Origin: Deltaproteobacteria bacterium
Lineage (GTDB): Bacteria; Myxococcota_A; Polyangia; Polyangiales; Houyiibacteriaceae
Direction of reading: 5' to 3'
Length of the DNA: 26,050 nt
NCBI GenBank assembly: GCA_034670305.1
Contig: JAXMNT010000076.1
Coordinates: forward strand, 1-26,050
Of the stretch, positions 17,534 through 25,902 are shown piece by piece. Numbering within the stretch: the first letter of the stretch is position 1; every line of letters starts with the position of its first letter. A model generated the notes under the pieces. That model was not told the origin of the DNA, ran no database searches, and saw only the letters and a list, made by a program, of their open reading frames with translations. The position numbers and the translations under genes are program-made.

Positions 17534-18992
17534 TCCACCGACCGAACCCGCCCTCGCGCCCTCGGGTGACTCCGCGCCGCCCGGCTGGAAACGTTCGCTC
17601 CGCAAAGGCGCCTTGGTGCTGTTGGTCTGGTGCGTGGTCTTCGAAGCCGGCGCGTGGGTCGCCGACGCGATTTGGGATTTTCGCGCGCCGCTCATGGAGC
17701 GCCTCAAGACCGCGTCCGGATCTCCCGACCCAGTTCCGGAGACCGCCCCGGACTGGCCAGCCGGCGTGATCCGCCTGCGGGTGCCCGACCGCGGGGAGGC
17801 GCGAGAGACGCCGTACGCGCTCGGCGGCGTGGTCATCGAAGGTGCCTGGCCGGACGCGAAGCTGGACCCGATGGATGCGGACGACGTGGCGGAGAGGGCG
17901 AACGGGCGACCGCGGGTGTTCGTCCTCGGCGGTTCGGCGGCGCTCGGTTATCCCTACCCATTCGACGACTCGCTCGCCTCGCAGCTCCAGCAGCGGTTGC
18001 CCGAGCATGCCGTCTTCAATGCCGGTCAGGTGGGCTGGTGCGCCGGCCAGGTGCTCGGCCTTGCGCAGGTGCTTCTCGACCGGTTCGAGCCGGCGGTGTT
18101 CGTGGTGCTCTCGGGCAACAACGAGTTCATCCAGTGGTCGCCCGCCACGTCTCCAGAGGACGACCCCGCCGTGCAACGGTCGCTCGCGCACAGTCGGCTG
18201 CTCGCGGCCGCCCTCTACCTCGGGCATCGAGGAAACACCGGAGGAACTCGGGTGCCGCAAGCGCCGCTCGTCGGCTACCGTCACGCGATCGACCATCCCG
18301 ACGAGAGTTTTCCCCTGACGTCCTGGGCGCAGACCCGGACGGCGCATCTCGACGCGTTTGGGGGGCACCTGGACGCGCTCGTGTCGCGCGCCGAGCATGC
18401 CGGCGTGCGGGTCGTGATGTTGACCGTGCCCTTCAACCCGAGGCTCAGCCCTTCGTTTCATCGGCTTCAGCCGCTCAGCGCACGCGGTGGTCCGGTCGGT
18501 GAAGAAGTGCGGGCCCTGGCGCGGCGCGGCGCGGACGAACTCGACGCGGGCCGGGCCGAGGCGGCCGTCGCCACCGCGCGGGAAGCCCTCGCGCTCGATC
18601 CCGAACCGGCCGCGCTTCATGCCCTCAAAGCGGCGGCACTCGAGGCGCTCGCCGAGCTGTCCACCGGCGAGGCTGCGATTCACCGAAACGCCGCGTTCGA
18701 TGCGTACGTCGAGAGCCGTGAGCGCACCATCGGCAACCTCGGCACGCGGGTCGGCGTCAACGTCACGGTGCGTTCGGTGGCGGCCCGTCATCGGGAGGTC
18801 GCGCTCATCGACGCCGACGCGATCGCGCGCGAACGCTGGCGGACGGGCGAGCCCACCATCGAAGACGACTGTCATCCCACCCCCGCGTTTCATGGTGTGC
18901 TGGCCGCGCGCGTCGCGGCGGTGCTGTCCGCGGGAACCGCAACGCCCACGTCGGGGACGGCAGCGCCGCTCCCCCCGGAGGGTGGGCCATGA
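17526..18992 (+). CDS. Membrane-anchored SGNH/GDSL-like protein with internal TPR-like helical insert
   Basis: N-terminal TM helix, VFVLGGSAALG (block I), LSGNNEF (block III), DDCHP (block V). Confidence 0.75.
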   Translation: MSDPPTEPALAPSGDSAPPGWKRSLRKGALVLLVWCVVFEAGAWVADAIWDFRAPLMERLKTASGSPDPVPETAPDWPAGVIRLRVPDRGEARETPYALGGVVIEGAWPDAKLDPMDADDVAERANGRPRVFVLGGSAALGYPYPFDDSLASQLQQRLPEHAVFNAGQVGWCAGQVLGLAQVLLDRFEPAVFVVLSGNNEFIQWSPATSPEDDPAVQRSLAHSRLLAAALYLGHRGNTGGTRVPQAPLVGYRHAIDHPDESFPLTSWAQTRTAHLDAFGGHLDALVSRAEHAGVRVVMLTVPFNPRLSPSFHRLQPLSARGGPVGEEVRALARRGADELDAGRAEAAVATAREALALDPEPAALHALKAAALEALAELSTGEAAIHRNAAFDAYVESRERTIGNLGTRVGVNVTVRSVAARHREVALIDADAIARERWRTGEPTIEDDCHPTPAFHGVLAARVAAVLSAGTATPTSGTAAPLPPEGGP

Positions 18993-20185
18993 GCGAGTCC
19001 ACAGACACCTCCGCGCCGGACACGCCCGGGCCAGACACCTCCGCGCCAGACACCTCCGCGCCAGACACCGCCGCGGCAGAGGCCGCAGGTGCGCCGCCTG
19101 CGGCAGACGACACTCCGGTGCCGTCCAAGTCGAAGAAGGTGGCGTTCGCGCTCGGTGCAACGGTCTTCTTTCTCCTGCTCGCCGAGTTGCTGGTGCGGGT
19201 CCTCGGCCTCGGGCCTTCGCGCTGGGCCCATCCCTGGCACCTCGAGACGGACGACAAACGCCACGGCCTCGACGTCTACCCGGACGATCCCCGCGACGTG
19301 TTCGAGGTCGACCTGCGCGAGGAATCGGTGCGCGCCGAGTACCGCGCGCTGGGCCTGACCGAAGTGGACGAGCGCTACGAAGCGACGCCCTTTGGAGTCT
19401 CGTTCCGGTACTCCGAAGAACTCTGCCGGGGCGGAGACATCGGGCCGAAGCGCGAAGGTGTCACGCGCGTGGTCACCGTCGGCGACTCTTTCACCGAAGG
19501 GCAGGGCGTCGCCGAGGCGTCGACCTTCAGCGCGGTGCTCGACGATCTCGGCGGACCGAGCCGCGAAGTCCTCAACTGCGGTCGCCGCGGTTACGACGTG
19601 TCGGACGTGGCCGGGTTCTTCGAGCGGCAACTCGTGCTCGAGCCCGACATCGTCGTCTACGCCTACACCCTCAACGATCCCGAACAGTCCGAAGCCTTCG
19701 CCGCGCGGCAGACGTTCCTCGACGACTGGATCCTCGACCGCCGCCGCATGTTCACCGACGGCGCAGGTGAGCTCCCGTTCTGGAAGCCGCGCCTTTGGAC
19801 GCTGCTGACCGACCGCCTCGAAGGGGCCAAGGTCGCCGACGAGACGACCCGCTGGTACCAGGAGATGGTGCAGGAGCCGAACGCAGACGGGTGGCTCGAG
19901 ACCCAGGAGCTCATCGAAGAAATGCACCGGACCATGCAGTCTCGAGGCGGCCGCTTCCTCGTGGCCATCCAGCCGCTCTTCGTGAACCTCGACGGCGACT
20001 ACCCATTCGAGTCGGTCCATCGCACCGTCGCCGAAGCCCTTCGCAACCGCGGCGTCTTCGTCGTCGACCTGCTCGACGACTTCCGCGACATGGACGCGAC
20101 CGCGCTCTGGGTGCACCCGGCGGATCGCCACCCGAACGAGTTCGCGCACCGAATGATCGCTGAGTCGATCGACGACGAGCTCTGA
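18989..20185 (+). CDS. Membrane-anchored SGNH/GDSL hydrolase family protein
   Basis: TM helix (LLAELLVR), VGDSFTEG, LNCGRRGY, TLND and DRHPN. ATGA overlap with the previous gene. Confidence 0.85.
   Translation: MSESTDTSAPDTPGPDTSAPDTSAPDTAAAEAAGAPPAADDTPVPSKSKKVAFALGATVFFLLLAELLVRVLGLGPSRWAHPWHLETDDKRHGLDVYPDDPRDVFEVDLREESVRAEYRALGLTEVDERYEATPFGVSFRYSEELCRGGDIGPKREGVTRVVTVGDSFTEGQGVAEASTFSAVLDDLGGPSREVLNCGRRGYDVSDVAGFFERQLVLEPDIVVYAYTLNDPEQSEAFAARQTFLDDWILDRRRMFTDGAGELPFWKPRLWTLLTDRLEGAKVADETTRWYQEMVQEPNADGWLETQELIEEMHRTMQSRGGRFLVAIQPLFVNLDGDYPFESVHRTVAEALRNRGVFVVDLLDDFRDMDATALWVHPADRHPNEFAHRMIAESIDDEL
19004..19078 (+). repeat. Coding 15-nt tandem repeat (DTSAP), 5 copies
   Basis: GACACCTCCGCGCC(A/G) units in the N-terminal tail. 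Confidence 0.8.
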
Positions 20186-21324
20186 TGGCGGCCGCGGACA
20201 GACGCCCGTCGGCGGACAGCGAAGACGGCGGCGCGGCTCCCGAGCGCACCGCGACGTGGAAGAAGCTCGCCTTGGTGTTCGTGAGCCTTGGTCTGAGCTT
20301 TGCTGCAGCGGAGGGCATCTACCGCTACGCGACCGCACCAGACCCGGACGCGCCCGATGGCTTCGACTACGAATGGCGCGAGCGCTACATCCAGATGAAC
20401 GAGACGATCTACCGCCGCTCCGAAGACCCGCACCTGGTCTACGAACCCACGCCCTCGAGTGCGGTGGAGATGGAGTACGGCACGGCGGGGTTCAACGCGC
20501 AGTCGATGCGCGAGGCCCACGACGTCGCGCTCGAGCCCGGCCCGGATCGACGGGTGGCGATCGTCGGCGATTCGCTCGTGTGGAGTGAGTTCCTACCCGT
20601 GCACGAGGCGTTGCCCCAGCGCATCGACGAGGCGCTGGGCGATGGGTTCGAGGTGCTGAACTTCGGCGTCTCGGGCTACGACACCGGCGACGAAGTTGCG
20701 TGGTATAGACGCGGGGTCGCGCCGTACCGACCCGCGGTCGTGGTGGTCGTCTACTGCATGAACGACATGATGATCATGAGCGGTCCCTTCGAACGCTTCG
20801 CGAACGACGCCGAGCGGGCGCTCAAGACGGCGCAGGAGACCATGCTCGAGCAAACCGCACCGGTCCGGCGCGAGACCATCGACGACGTCGTCGCCCGCGC
20901 GGAACAGGAGGCGACCTTCAAACTCTGGGCGCGTTTCACGGGCATCCTCGAGCGACGCCGCTTCGACGCGAACTACGACGACGAGTACCTGGCCATCGCT
21001 CGGCAGCCAGCGCCGGTCGCCCGTTTCCAAGCATCGATGGACGCGTTGCACACGGCGATCGCACAGAGCGGTGCCAAGCCGCTGTTCGTGATCTCCCCGG
21101 TGCTCGAGAGCTGGGACGACTACCACTGGGATGCGCTCCACACCCTTGTCGGCGACGCCGCCCGCACGGCCGGCTTTCAAGTGCTCGACCCGCTCGACGA
21201 GTGGCGCGGCGCGGGCCACACCCCGGAGGAGATGCGCGTGTCCGGCGACAACCTCCACTACGACCAGTCCGGCAACCGGGTGTTCGCCGCGTCGGTCGCC
21301 GACTTCGTGCGGAGCGCAGAATGA
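20185..21324 (+). CDS. Membrane-anchored SGNH/GDSL hydrolase family protein
   Basis: TM helix (AAAEGIYR), VGDSLVW, LNFGVSGY, CMND and DNLH. TGATG overlap with the previous gene. Confidence 0.85.
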   Translation: MAAADRRPSADSEDGGAAPERTATWKKLALVFVSLGLSFAAAEGIYRYATAPDPDAPDGFDYEWRERYIQMNETIYRRSEDPHLVYEPTPSSAVEMEYGTAGFNAQSMREAHDVALEPGPDRRVAIVGDSLVWSEFLPVHEALPQRIDEALGDGFEVLNFGVSGYDTGDEVAWYRRGVAPYRPAVVVVVYCMNDMMIMSGPFERFANDAERALKTAQETMLEQTAPVRRETIDDVVARAEQEATFKLWARFTGILERRRFDANYDDEYLAIARQPAPVARFQASMDALHTAIAQSGAKPLFVISPVLESWDDYHWDALHTLVGDAARTAGFQVLDPLDEWRGAGHTPEEMRVSGDNLHYDQSGNRVFAASVADFVRSAE

Positions 21325-21788
21325 GCACTTCATCCGCCGGCCCGACACCTGGCCGAGAAGAGGCGTCCGCATCCATCTGGCGCGACCCGCCGAAACCTTC
21401 GGCGAACCGGGTGCGGATCCGCGCGACGGTCCAGTGGCTCGTGGGGCTGGGCATCGGCGCGCTTCTGTACTTCGTCTTTCGCCGCCCGGTGTTGGCCATC
21501 GTCGCGTGCGGCATCGCGTCGTTCGTCTTCCTGCTCGGCGTCGTGAGCCCGCTCGGCGCGCACGCCGCCGTCGACCGGGTGTTCGTCGGTCTGGGGCGGG
21601 TGGTCGGCACTGTGTTGACATGGGTCTTACTCGCGCCGCTGTTCTACTTGTTCCTCACGCCGTTCGGGTTGCTCCGGCGGCGCGGCGCGCGCGACACGCT
21701 GCAGCGCAGCTTCGACCCCTCGCGCAAGAGCTACTGGACGCCGCGCGAAGGCGAAGACCGCGGACCCACCTTGGACCGGCCCTACTGA
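21321..21788 (+). CDS. SxtJ-like small membrane protein
   Basis: Three hydrophobic segments, LFYLFLTPFGLLRR..RDTL..SYW..R..RPY pattern. Coupled to both neighbours and directly upstream of the carbamoyltransferase. Confidence 0.75.
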   Translation: MSTSSAGPTPGREEASASIWRDPPKPSANRVRIRATVQWLVGLGIGALLYFVFRRPVLAIVACGIASFVFLLGVVSPLGAHAAVDRVFVGLGRVVGTVLTWVLLAPLFYLFLTPFGLLRRRGARDTLQRSFDPSRKSYWTPREGEDRGPTLDRPY

Positions 21789-23689
21789 TGGCGACCGAGA
21801 CGAGCGCGACCGAAGCCACCACTCCGACCGCCACAGCGAGCACCGGCGGCACGGTGTTGGGGGTGAGCTGCTGGTACCACGACGCGGCCGCCTGCCTCAT
21901 TCGCGACGGAGTCGTGGTGGCGGCGGCCCAGGAGGAGCGCTTCACGCGGACCAAACACGACGCCGAGTTTCCCTCGAACGCCGTGCGGTACTGCCTGGCC
22001 GAAGCGGGCACCACCGAGCTCGACGCGGTCGCGTTCTACGACAAGCCGATCCTGAAGTTCCACCGCATCCTCGAGACCAGCCTCTGCACGGCGCCACGTG
22101 GCTTGCGTCCGTTCCTCCGCGCGATGCCGACGTGGCTGAAGGACAAACTGTGGATCGAGCCGAAGGTGCTCGACGCGCTCGAGGCCGCCGGCGTCCGGAA
22201 GGCCGCCGACTTGCCGGTGCGGTTCCCCGAGCATCACCGCTCGCACGCGGCGAGCGCCTTCTATCCATCGCCCTTCGATTCGGCGGCTGTGCTCACGATC
22301 GACGGAGTCGGCGAGTGGGCGACCGCCACGCTCGCCCACGGCCGCGGGCACGAACTCGAGATGCTCGAGGAGATGCGTTTCCCGCACAGCCTCGGGTTGC
22401 TCTACAGCGCGATGACGTACTTCTGCGGGTTCCGCGTGAACAGCGGCGAGTACAAGCTCATGGGCCTCGCCCCGTACGGGGAGGGCCGCTACACCGAGCG
22501 CATCTTCGAGCGGCTGATGGATCTGAAGGACGACGGATCGTTCCGGCTCGACCTCGACTACTTCGCGTTCCTCGACGACTTCGTCATGACGAACGAGAAG
22601 TTCGCCGACCTCTTCGAGGGGCCACCGCGTGCACCCGAGGCGCCGCTCACGCTGCGCGAGATGGATCTCGCGAAATCCGTGCAAGAGGTCACCGAAGAGG
22701 TCGTCCTGCGCATGGCGAAACACGCGCGCGCGGTGACCGGCGAGAAGCACCTCTGCCTCGCGGGGGGGGTCGCGCTCAACTGCGTCGCCAACGGCAAGCT
22801 TCTCCGAAGCGCCGTGTTCGACGACGTCTGGATCCAGCCCGCCGCCGGGGATGCGGGCGGCGCGCTTGGCGCCGCGCTCGCCGTGCACCACGATCAGGCG
22901 GCGCGGAGTGGCGCGGCGGCGGCGCCGAAATCCGGCGACGGCATGTTCGGCGCGTACCTGGGCCCGGAGTTCTCCGCGGCGCAGATCCGGGCGTGGCTCG
23001 ATGCACGCGGCTACCCCTACGACGAGCCGCTCGAAGACGACGCTTGGGCGGAACGCGTCGCGGCGTTGCTGGCCGACGAACACGTCGTCGGACTCTTTCA
23101 GGGCCGGATGGAGTTCGGCCCGCGCGCGCTCGGCAACCGGTCGATCGTCGGCGATCCCCGCTCACCGAAGATGCAGTCGGTGATGAACCTGAAGATCAAA
23201 CAGCGCGAGAGCTTCCGCCCCTTCGCGCCGAGCTGTCTCGAAGAGCGGGCCGCGGACTTCTTCGACCTCGACCGCCCGAGCCCGTACATGTTGCTGGTCG
23301 CGCCGCTCGAGAAGAGCCGCTGCGTCCCTGAGCCGGAAGGCGCGCGCGAGATGCCGCTCAAAGAGCGCGTGAACCACCCGCGTTCGGACGTGCCCGCGAT
23401 CACCCACATCGATCACTCCGCGCGGGTGCAGACCGTCAGCGCGGACACCAACCCGCGCTACCACGCGCTGCTCCGAGCGTTCGATGCGCTCACCGGCATC
23501 GCGATGCTCATCAACACGAGCTTCAACGTGCGCGGCGAGCCGATCGTGTGCACGCCCGAGGACGCCTACCGCTGCTTCATGGGCACCGAGATGGACGTGC
23601 TCAGTCTCGGCCCCTTCTTGCTCCACGCCCAGCAGCAGCCCGGCTACGAAGACCGCGCCAAGTTCAAACGCGAGTTCGACCTGGACTGA
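21788..23689 (+). CDS. O-carbamoyltransferase, NodU/CmcH/TobZ family (SxtI-like subgroup)
   Basis: YHDAAA, AAQEERFTR, EHHRSHAASAF, DGVGE, GEYKLMGLAPYG, AGGVALNCVANG, EFGPRALGNRS, KQRESFRPFAP, NTSFNVRGEP and C-terminal EFDLD. Confidence 0.95.
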   Translation: MATETSATEATTPTATASTGGTVLGVSCWYHDAAACLIRDGVVVAAAQEERFTRTKHDAEFPSNAVRYCLAEAGTTELDAVAFYDKPILKFHRILETSLCTAPRGLRPFLRAMPTWLKDKLWIEPKVLDALEAAGVRKAADLPVRFPEHHRSHAASAFYPSPFDSAAVLTIDGVGEWATATLAHGRGHELEMLEEMRFPHSLGLLYSAMTYFCGFRVNSGEYKLMGLAPYGEGRYTERIFERLMDLKDDGSFRLDLDYFAFLDDFVMTNEKFADLFEGPPRAPEAPLTLREMDLAKSVQEVTEEVVLRMAKHARAVTGEKHLCLAGGVALNCVANGKLLRSAVFDDVWIQPAAGDAGGALGAALAVHHDQAARSGAAAAPKSGDGMFGAYLGPEFSAAQIRAWLDARGYPYDEPLEDDAWAERVAALLADEHVVGLFQGRMEFGPRALGNRSIVGDPRSPKMQSVMNLKIKQRESFRPFAPSCLEERAADFFDLDRPSPYMLLVAPLEKSRCVPEPEGAREMPLKERVNHPRSDVPAITHIDHSARVQTVSADTNPRYHALLRAFDALTGIAMLINTSFNVRGEPIVCTPEDAYRCFMGTEMDVLSLGPFLLHAQQQPGYEDRAKFKREFDLD

Positions 23690-23719
23690 GTTGCCCTTGG
23701 TGCGGGTGTTGCTGACGCG

Positions 23720-23884
23720 CTACCACAGGGAGTAGATGAACGGGGTCGCGGCCTGGCTGGTGGCGATGACGACGCCGAGCAGCCCGAGCACGAGCACGAG
23801 CGGCACGATCCAGTAGATCTTGTTCTTGGCGGCGAACCGGTAGAGGTCGCGAAAGAGTTTGCCGCTGTGTCGAAGCCGACCCAC
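23720..23884 (-). CDS. SxtK/DUF5989-like small membrane protein (54 aa, absent from the ORF track)
   Basis: Manual translation: MGRLRHSGKLFRDLYRFAAKNKIYWIVPLVLVLGLLGVVIATSQAATPFIYSLW*. The K..W..P, TM helix and PFIY.L(F/W) end are characteristic of this family. Confidence 0.85.
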   Translation of the reverse strand: MGRLRHSGKLFRDLYRFAAKNKIYWIVPLVLVLGLLGVVIATSQAATPFIYSLW

Positions 23885-23968
23885 GCCCGGGTTGTACTAC
23901 AGTTTTGCGGACGCGCCCCCGGTGCTTCTTGCTGGCTCCCACCCCCCTTCCTCTGGCACAACGTGTCG

Positions 23969-24595
23969 GTGCACCGCCCACTTCGATTCGTGTTTTGCGG
24001 GCTTCTGCTGCTCTCGGCGTGCGGGGGAGACGCAGAAGGGGGCGCGGTAGAGGCACCAGCCGGCGAGCCCCCGACCGCAGCCGCTGTGAACGAAGTCGCC
24101 GTGGCCACAGACCGTCCAGGGACCGGCGAGACCGAGGGGGCCAATGAGATCGAGGCGACCGGCGAGGCGGCCGATGAGGCCGAGGCGGCCGGTGAGGCCG
24201 AGGCGGCCGGTGAGACCGCGCCGCCCACGCCAGAGGGGCTGAGGCTCGTCGTGGCGCACGCCGAACCGCTGCTCGGTTCCGAAGAACGCGCGCTCGTTCA
24301 ACTCGAGCGGCGCCTTGGGCAAGGCCGCACGGTGGTCCGGAGCGTGGCCACCGAAGCGGAGCTGGACGCGATCGAGCACGGAGTCCAGCCGGCGTCCTGG
24401 GCGGCATCTGAGCGGGTCGTCGCGCTGCGGGTGCCCGCGAACATCCAAGACGGCCGGGGACGCCGGTACAGCGCGGGTGTCACCGCACTGCTGGTGACCG
24501 AGCCGGATCGGATCCGCTTTCGCGCCGTCATGGAGCACAACGCTGCGTGGTCCATCGGTTCGCTCGACTGGTTGCCAGAGGTGGTCGACCCATGA
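23969..24595 (+). CDS. Hypothetical lipoprotein
   Basis: (M)HRPLRFVFCGLLLLSA-C lipobox and acidic linker with three 18-nt repeats (24164-24217). Start is GTG 23969 or 23963. Confidence 0.65.
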   Translation: MHRPLRFVFCGLLLLSACGGDAEGGAVEAPAGEPPTAAAVNEVAVATDRPGTGETEGANEIEATGEAADEAEAAGEAEAAGETAPPTPEGLRLVVAHAEPLLGSEERALVQLERRLGQGRTVVRSVATEAELDAIEHGVQPASWAASERVVALRVPANIQDGRGRRYSAGVTALLVTEPDRIRFRAVMEHNAAWSIGSLDWLPEVVDP

Positions 24596-25086
24596 GGCGC
24601 CTTCCGCTCGCTTGCATCGCGCTGTGGGTCTTCGCCGCGTGTCTCTGGAGCGCGACGACCGAGGCCGGGGATCGCCCCATCGAACTGTTGCTCGTGAACA
24701 TGACGCCGGACCCGGTGTCCGCGGAGTCGCGTCGCTGCTCGGCGGAGATCCGGCGCGGGCTGCAACGGAACGAAGTGGCGCGCCTTCATCAACTCGGCGA
24801 GACCGCCATGCTCGCGCGCACTGGACGCTCCGACCCGCGCGACTTCATGCAGTGGCCCACCGCGGTGCTGACTGCGTTGCGCACCTCGGAGAGCACCCAC
24901 GAGGTTCGACTCGACGCGGTGGCGTTCTTCGATTGCCGGCCCGAAGCGGAAGCGCTCTCGGTGGTCGTGCTCGCACCTTCCGGTGGGACAGCGCACATCG
25001 TTCTCTCGGGCCCGGTCCCAGTCGGCCGCGGGCGCTTCGTCGCGGAGCGCATCGTGCAGCACGCCTGGATCGGGTTCTCTCCCTAG
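24592..25086 (+). CDS. Exported hypothetical protein
   Basis: MRRLPLACIALWVFAACLWSATTEA signal peptide. ATGA overlap with the upstream gene. Confidence 0.65.
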   Translation: MRRLPLACIALWVFAACLWSATTEAGDRPIELLLVNMTPDPVSAESRRCSAEIRRGLQRNEVARLHQLGETAMLARTGRSDPRDFMQWPTAVLTALRTSESTHEVRLDAVAFFDCRPEAEALSVVVLAPSGGTAHIVLSGPVPVGRGRFVAERIVQHAWIGFSP

Positions 25087-25124
25087 GGCGCTGCAAACGT
25101 TCCTCGGAGCGGTTTGCCCGCCCC

Positions 25125-25784
25125 TCAGATTTCGTCGAGGACCTTCTCGCGTTTGCGTTCGTACTCCGCGTCGCTGATGTGGCCTTTGTCGTGAAGCTCC
25201 TCGAGACGGGCCAATCGCTCGGCCAGGTCGTCGACGCTGGGTTTGGCGCGCGGCTCTGCGTCTGAGGCGTCTCCGCCGTCCTGGCCGTCCTGGCCGTCCT
25301 GGCCGTCCTGGGCCGCGGCTTCTTCCGCCACCTTGCGCGCTTCCGCGCTGCGGGCCTTTTTCGGGTCGAACGCCTTCTTCGCTTGGCGGACCGCGGCGTC
25401 GTACGCGTCTTTCATGTCCTCCTTGGAGAGGCCGTCTCGTTCGAAGTAGAGGCGCGCCACGTGGCCGATGCCCAGCGTCGAGGCGTACATGAACGGCGCG
25501 GCGATCAGGCCGCCGAGGCCCGGCAGCAGGATCTTGCCCGCGGTGGTCGCCAGGTGGCTGCCGACCAGCGAGAGTCCGACGGTGCCGCCGATCTGGGTGA
25601 TGAGCCGGGCGGCCGACTCGCGGGTGAGCTGGTGTCCGTATTCGTTGCCGATGCCGATGACCATGCCGATGTGGAGCGGCATCACACCGATGATCTCGCT
25701 GCCGGGGATGGGCAGGATCGTCAGCGCCGCGGCACCGTACCCGCAACGTTCCACCATTCGTTCGATGCGTGCTTCTCGGTCCAT
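25125..25784 (-). CDS. DUF697/YcjF-like protein with C-terminal SHOCT domain
   Basis: LPIPGSEIIGVMPLHIGMV, KILLPGLGGLIAA, and C-terminal LARLEELHDKGHISDAEYERKREKVL. Linker has a 9-nt QDG x4 repeat (25275-25310). Confidence 0.75.
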   Translation of the reverse strand: MDREARIERMVERCGYGAAALTILPIPGSEIIGVMPLHIGMVIGIGNEYGHQLTRESAARLITQIGGTVGLSLVGSHLATTAGKILLPGLGGLIAAPFMYASTLGIGHVARLYFERDGLSKEDMKDAYDAAVRQAKKAFDPKKARSAEARKVAEEAAAQDGQDGQDGQDGGDASDAEPRAKPSVDDLAERLARLEELHDKGHISDAEYERKREKVLDEI

Positions 25785-25850
25785 CGGCGCAGGGTACCAG
25801 CACCGGCGTGCTCGGGGCGCTGCCCGCGCAATGGCTGGCGAGGGACGGAA

Positions 25851-25876
25851 CGAAGAAGGCGGCCCAGAAGGCCGCC
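25851..25876 (-). terminator. Probable intrinsic terminator of the Lys-rich gene
   Basis: Minus strand GGCGGCC-TTCTG-GGCCGCC followed by TTCTTCG, about 27 nt after the TAG at 25903-25905. Confidence 0.6.
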
Positions 25877-25902
25877 CTCGGTTGGGTCCGTACGGTCCCG
25901 GG

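Noticed and set aside
13722-21787. N-terminal extensions of ORFs 13722-16202, 15224-17533, 21131-23689 and 21201-21788
   Set aside because: The Arg-rich extensions overlap upstream genes in other frames. Coupled starts at 14430, 16208, 21788 and 21321 fit better.
21321-23884. Saxitoxin biosynthesis cluster
   Set aside because: Only sxtI/J/K-like genes are present. No sxtA, sxtG, sxtB or other core genes are seen, and such trios occur outside toxin producers.
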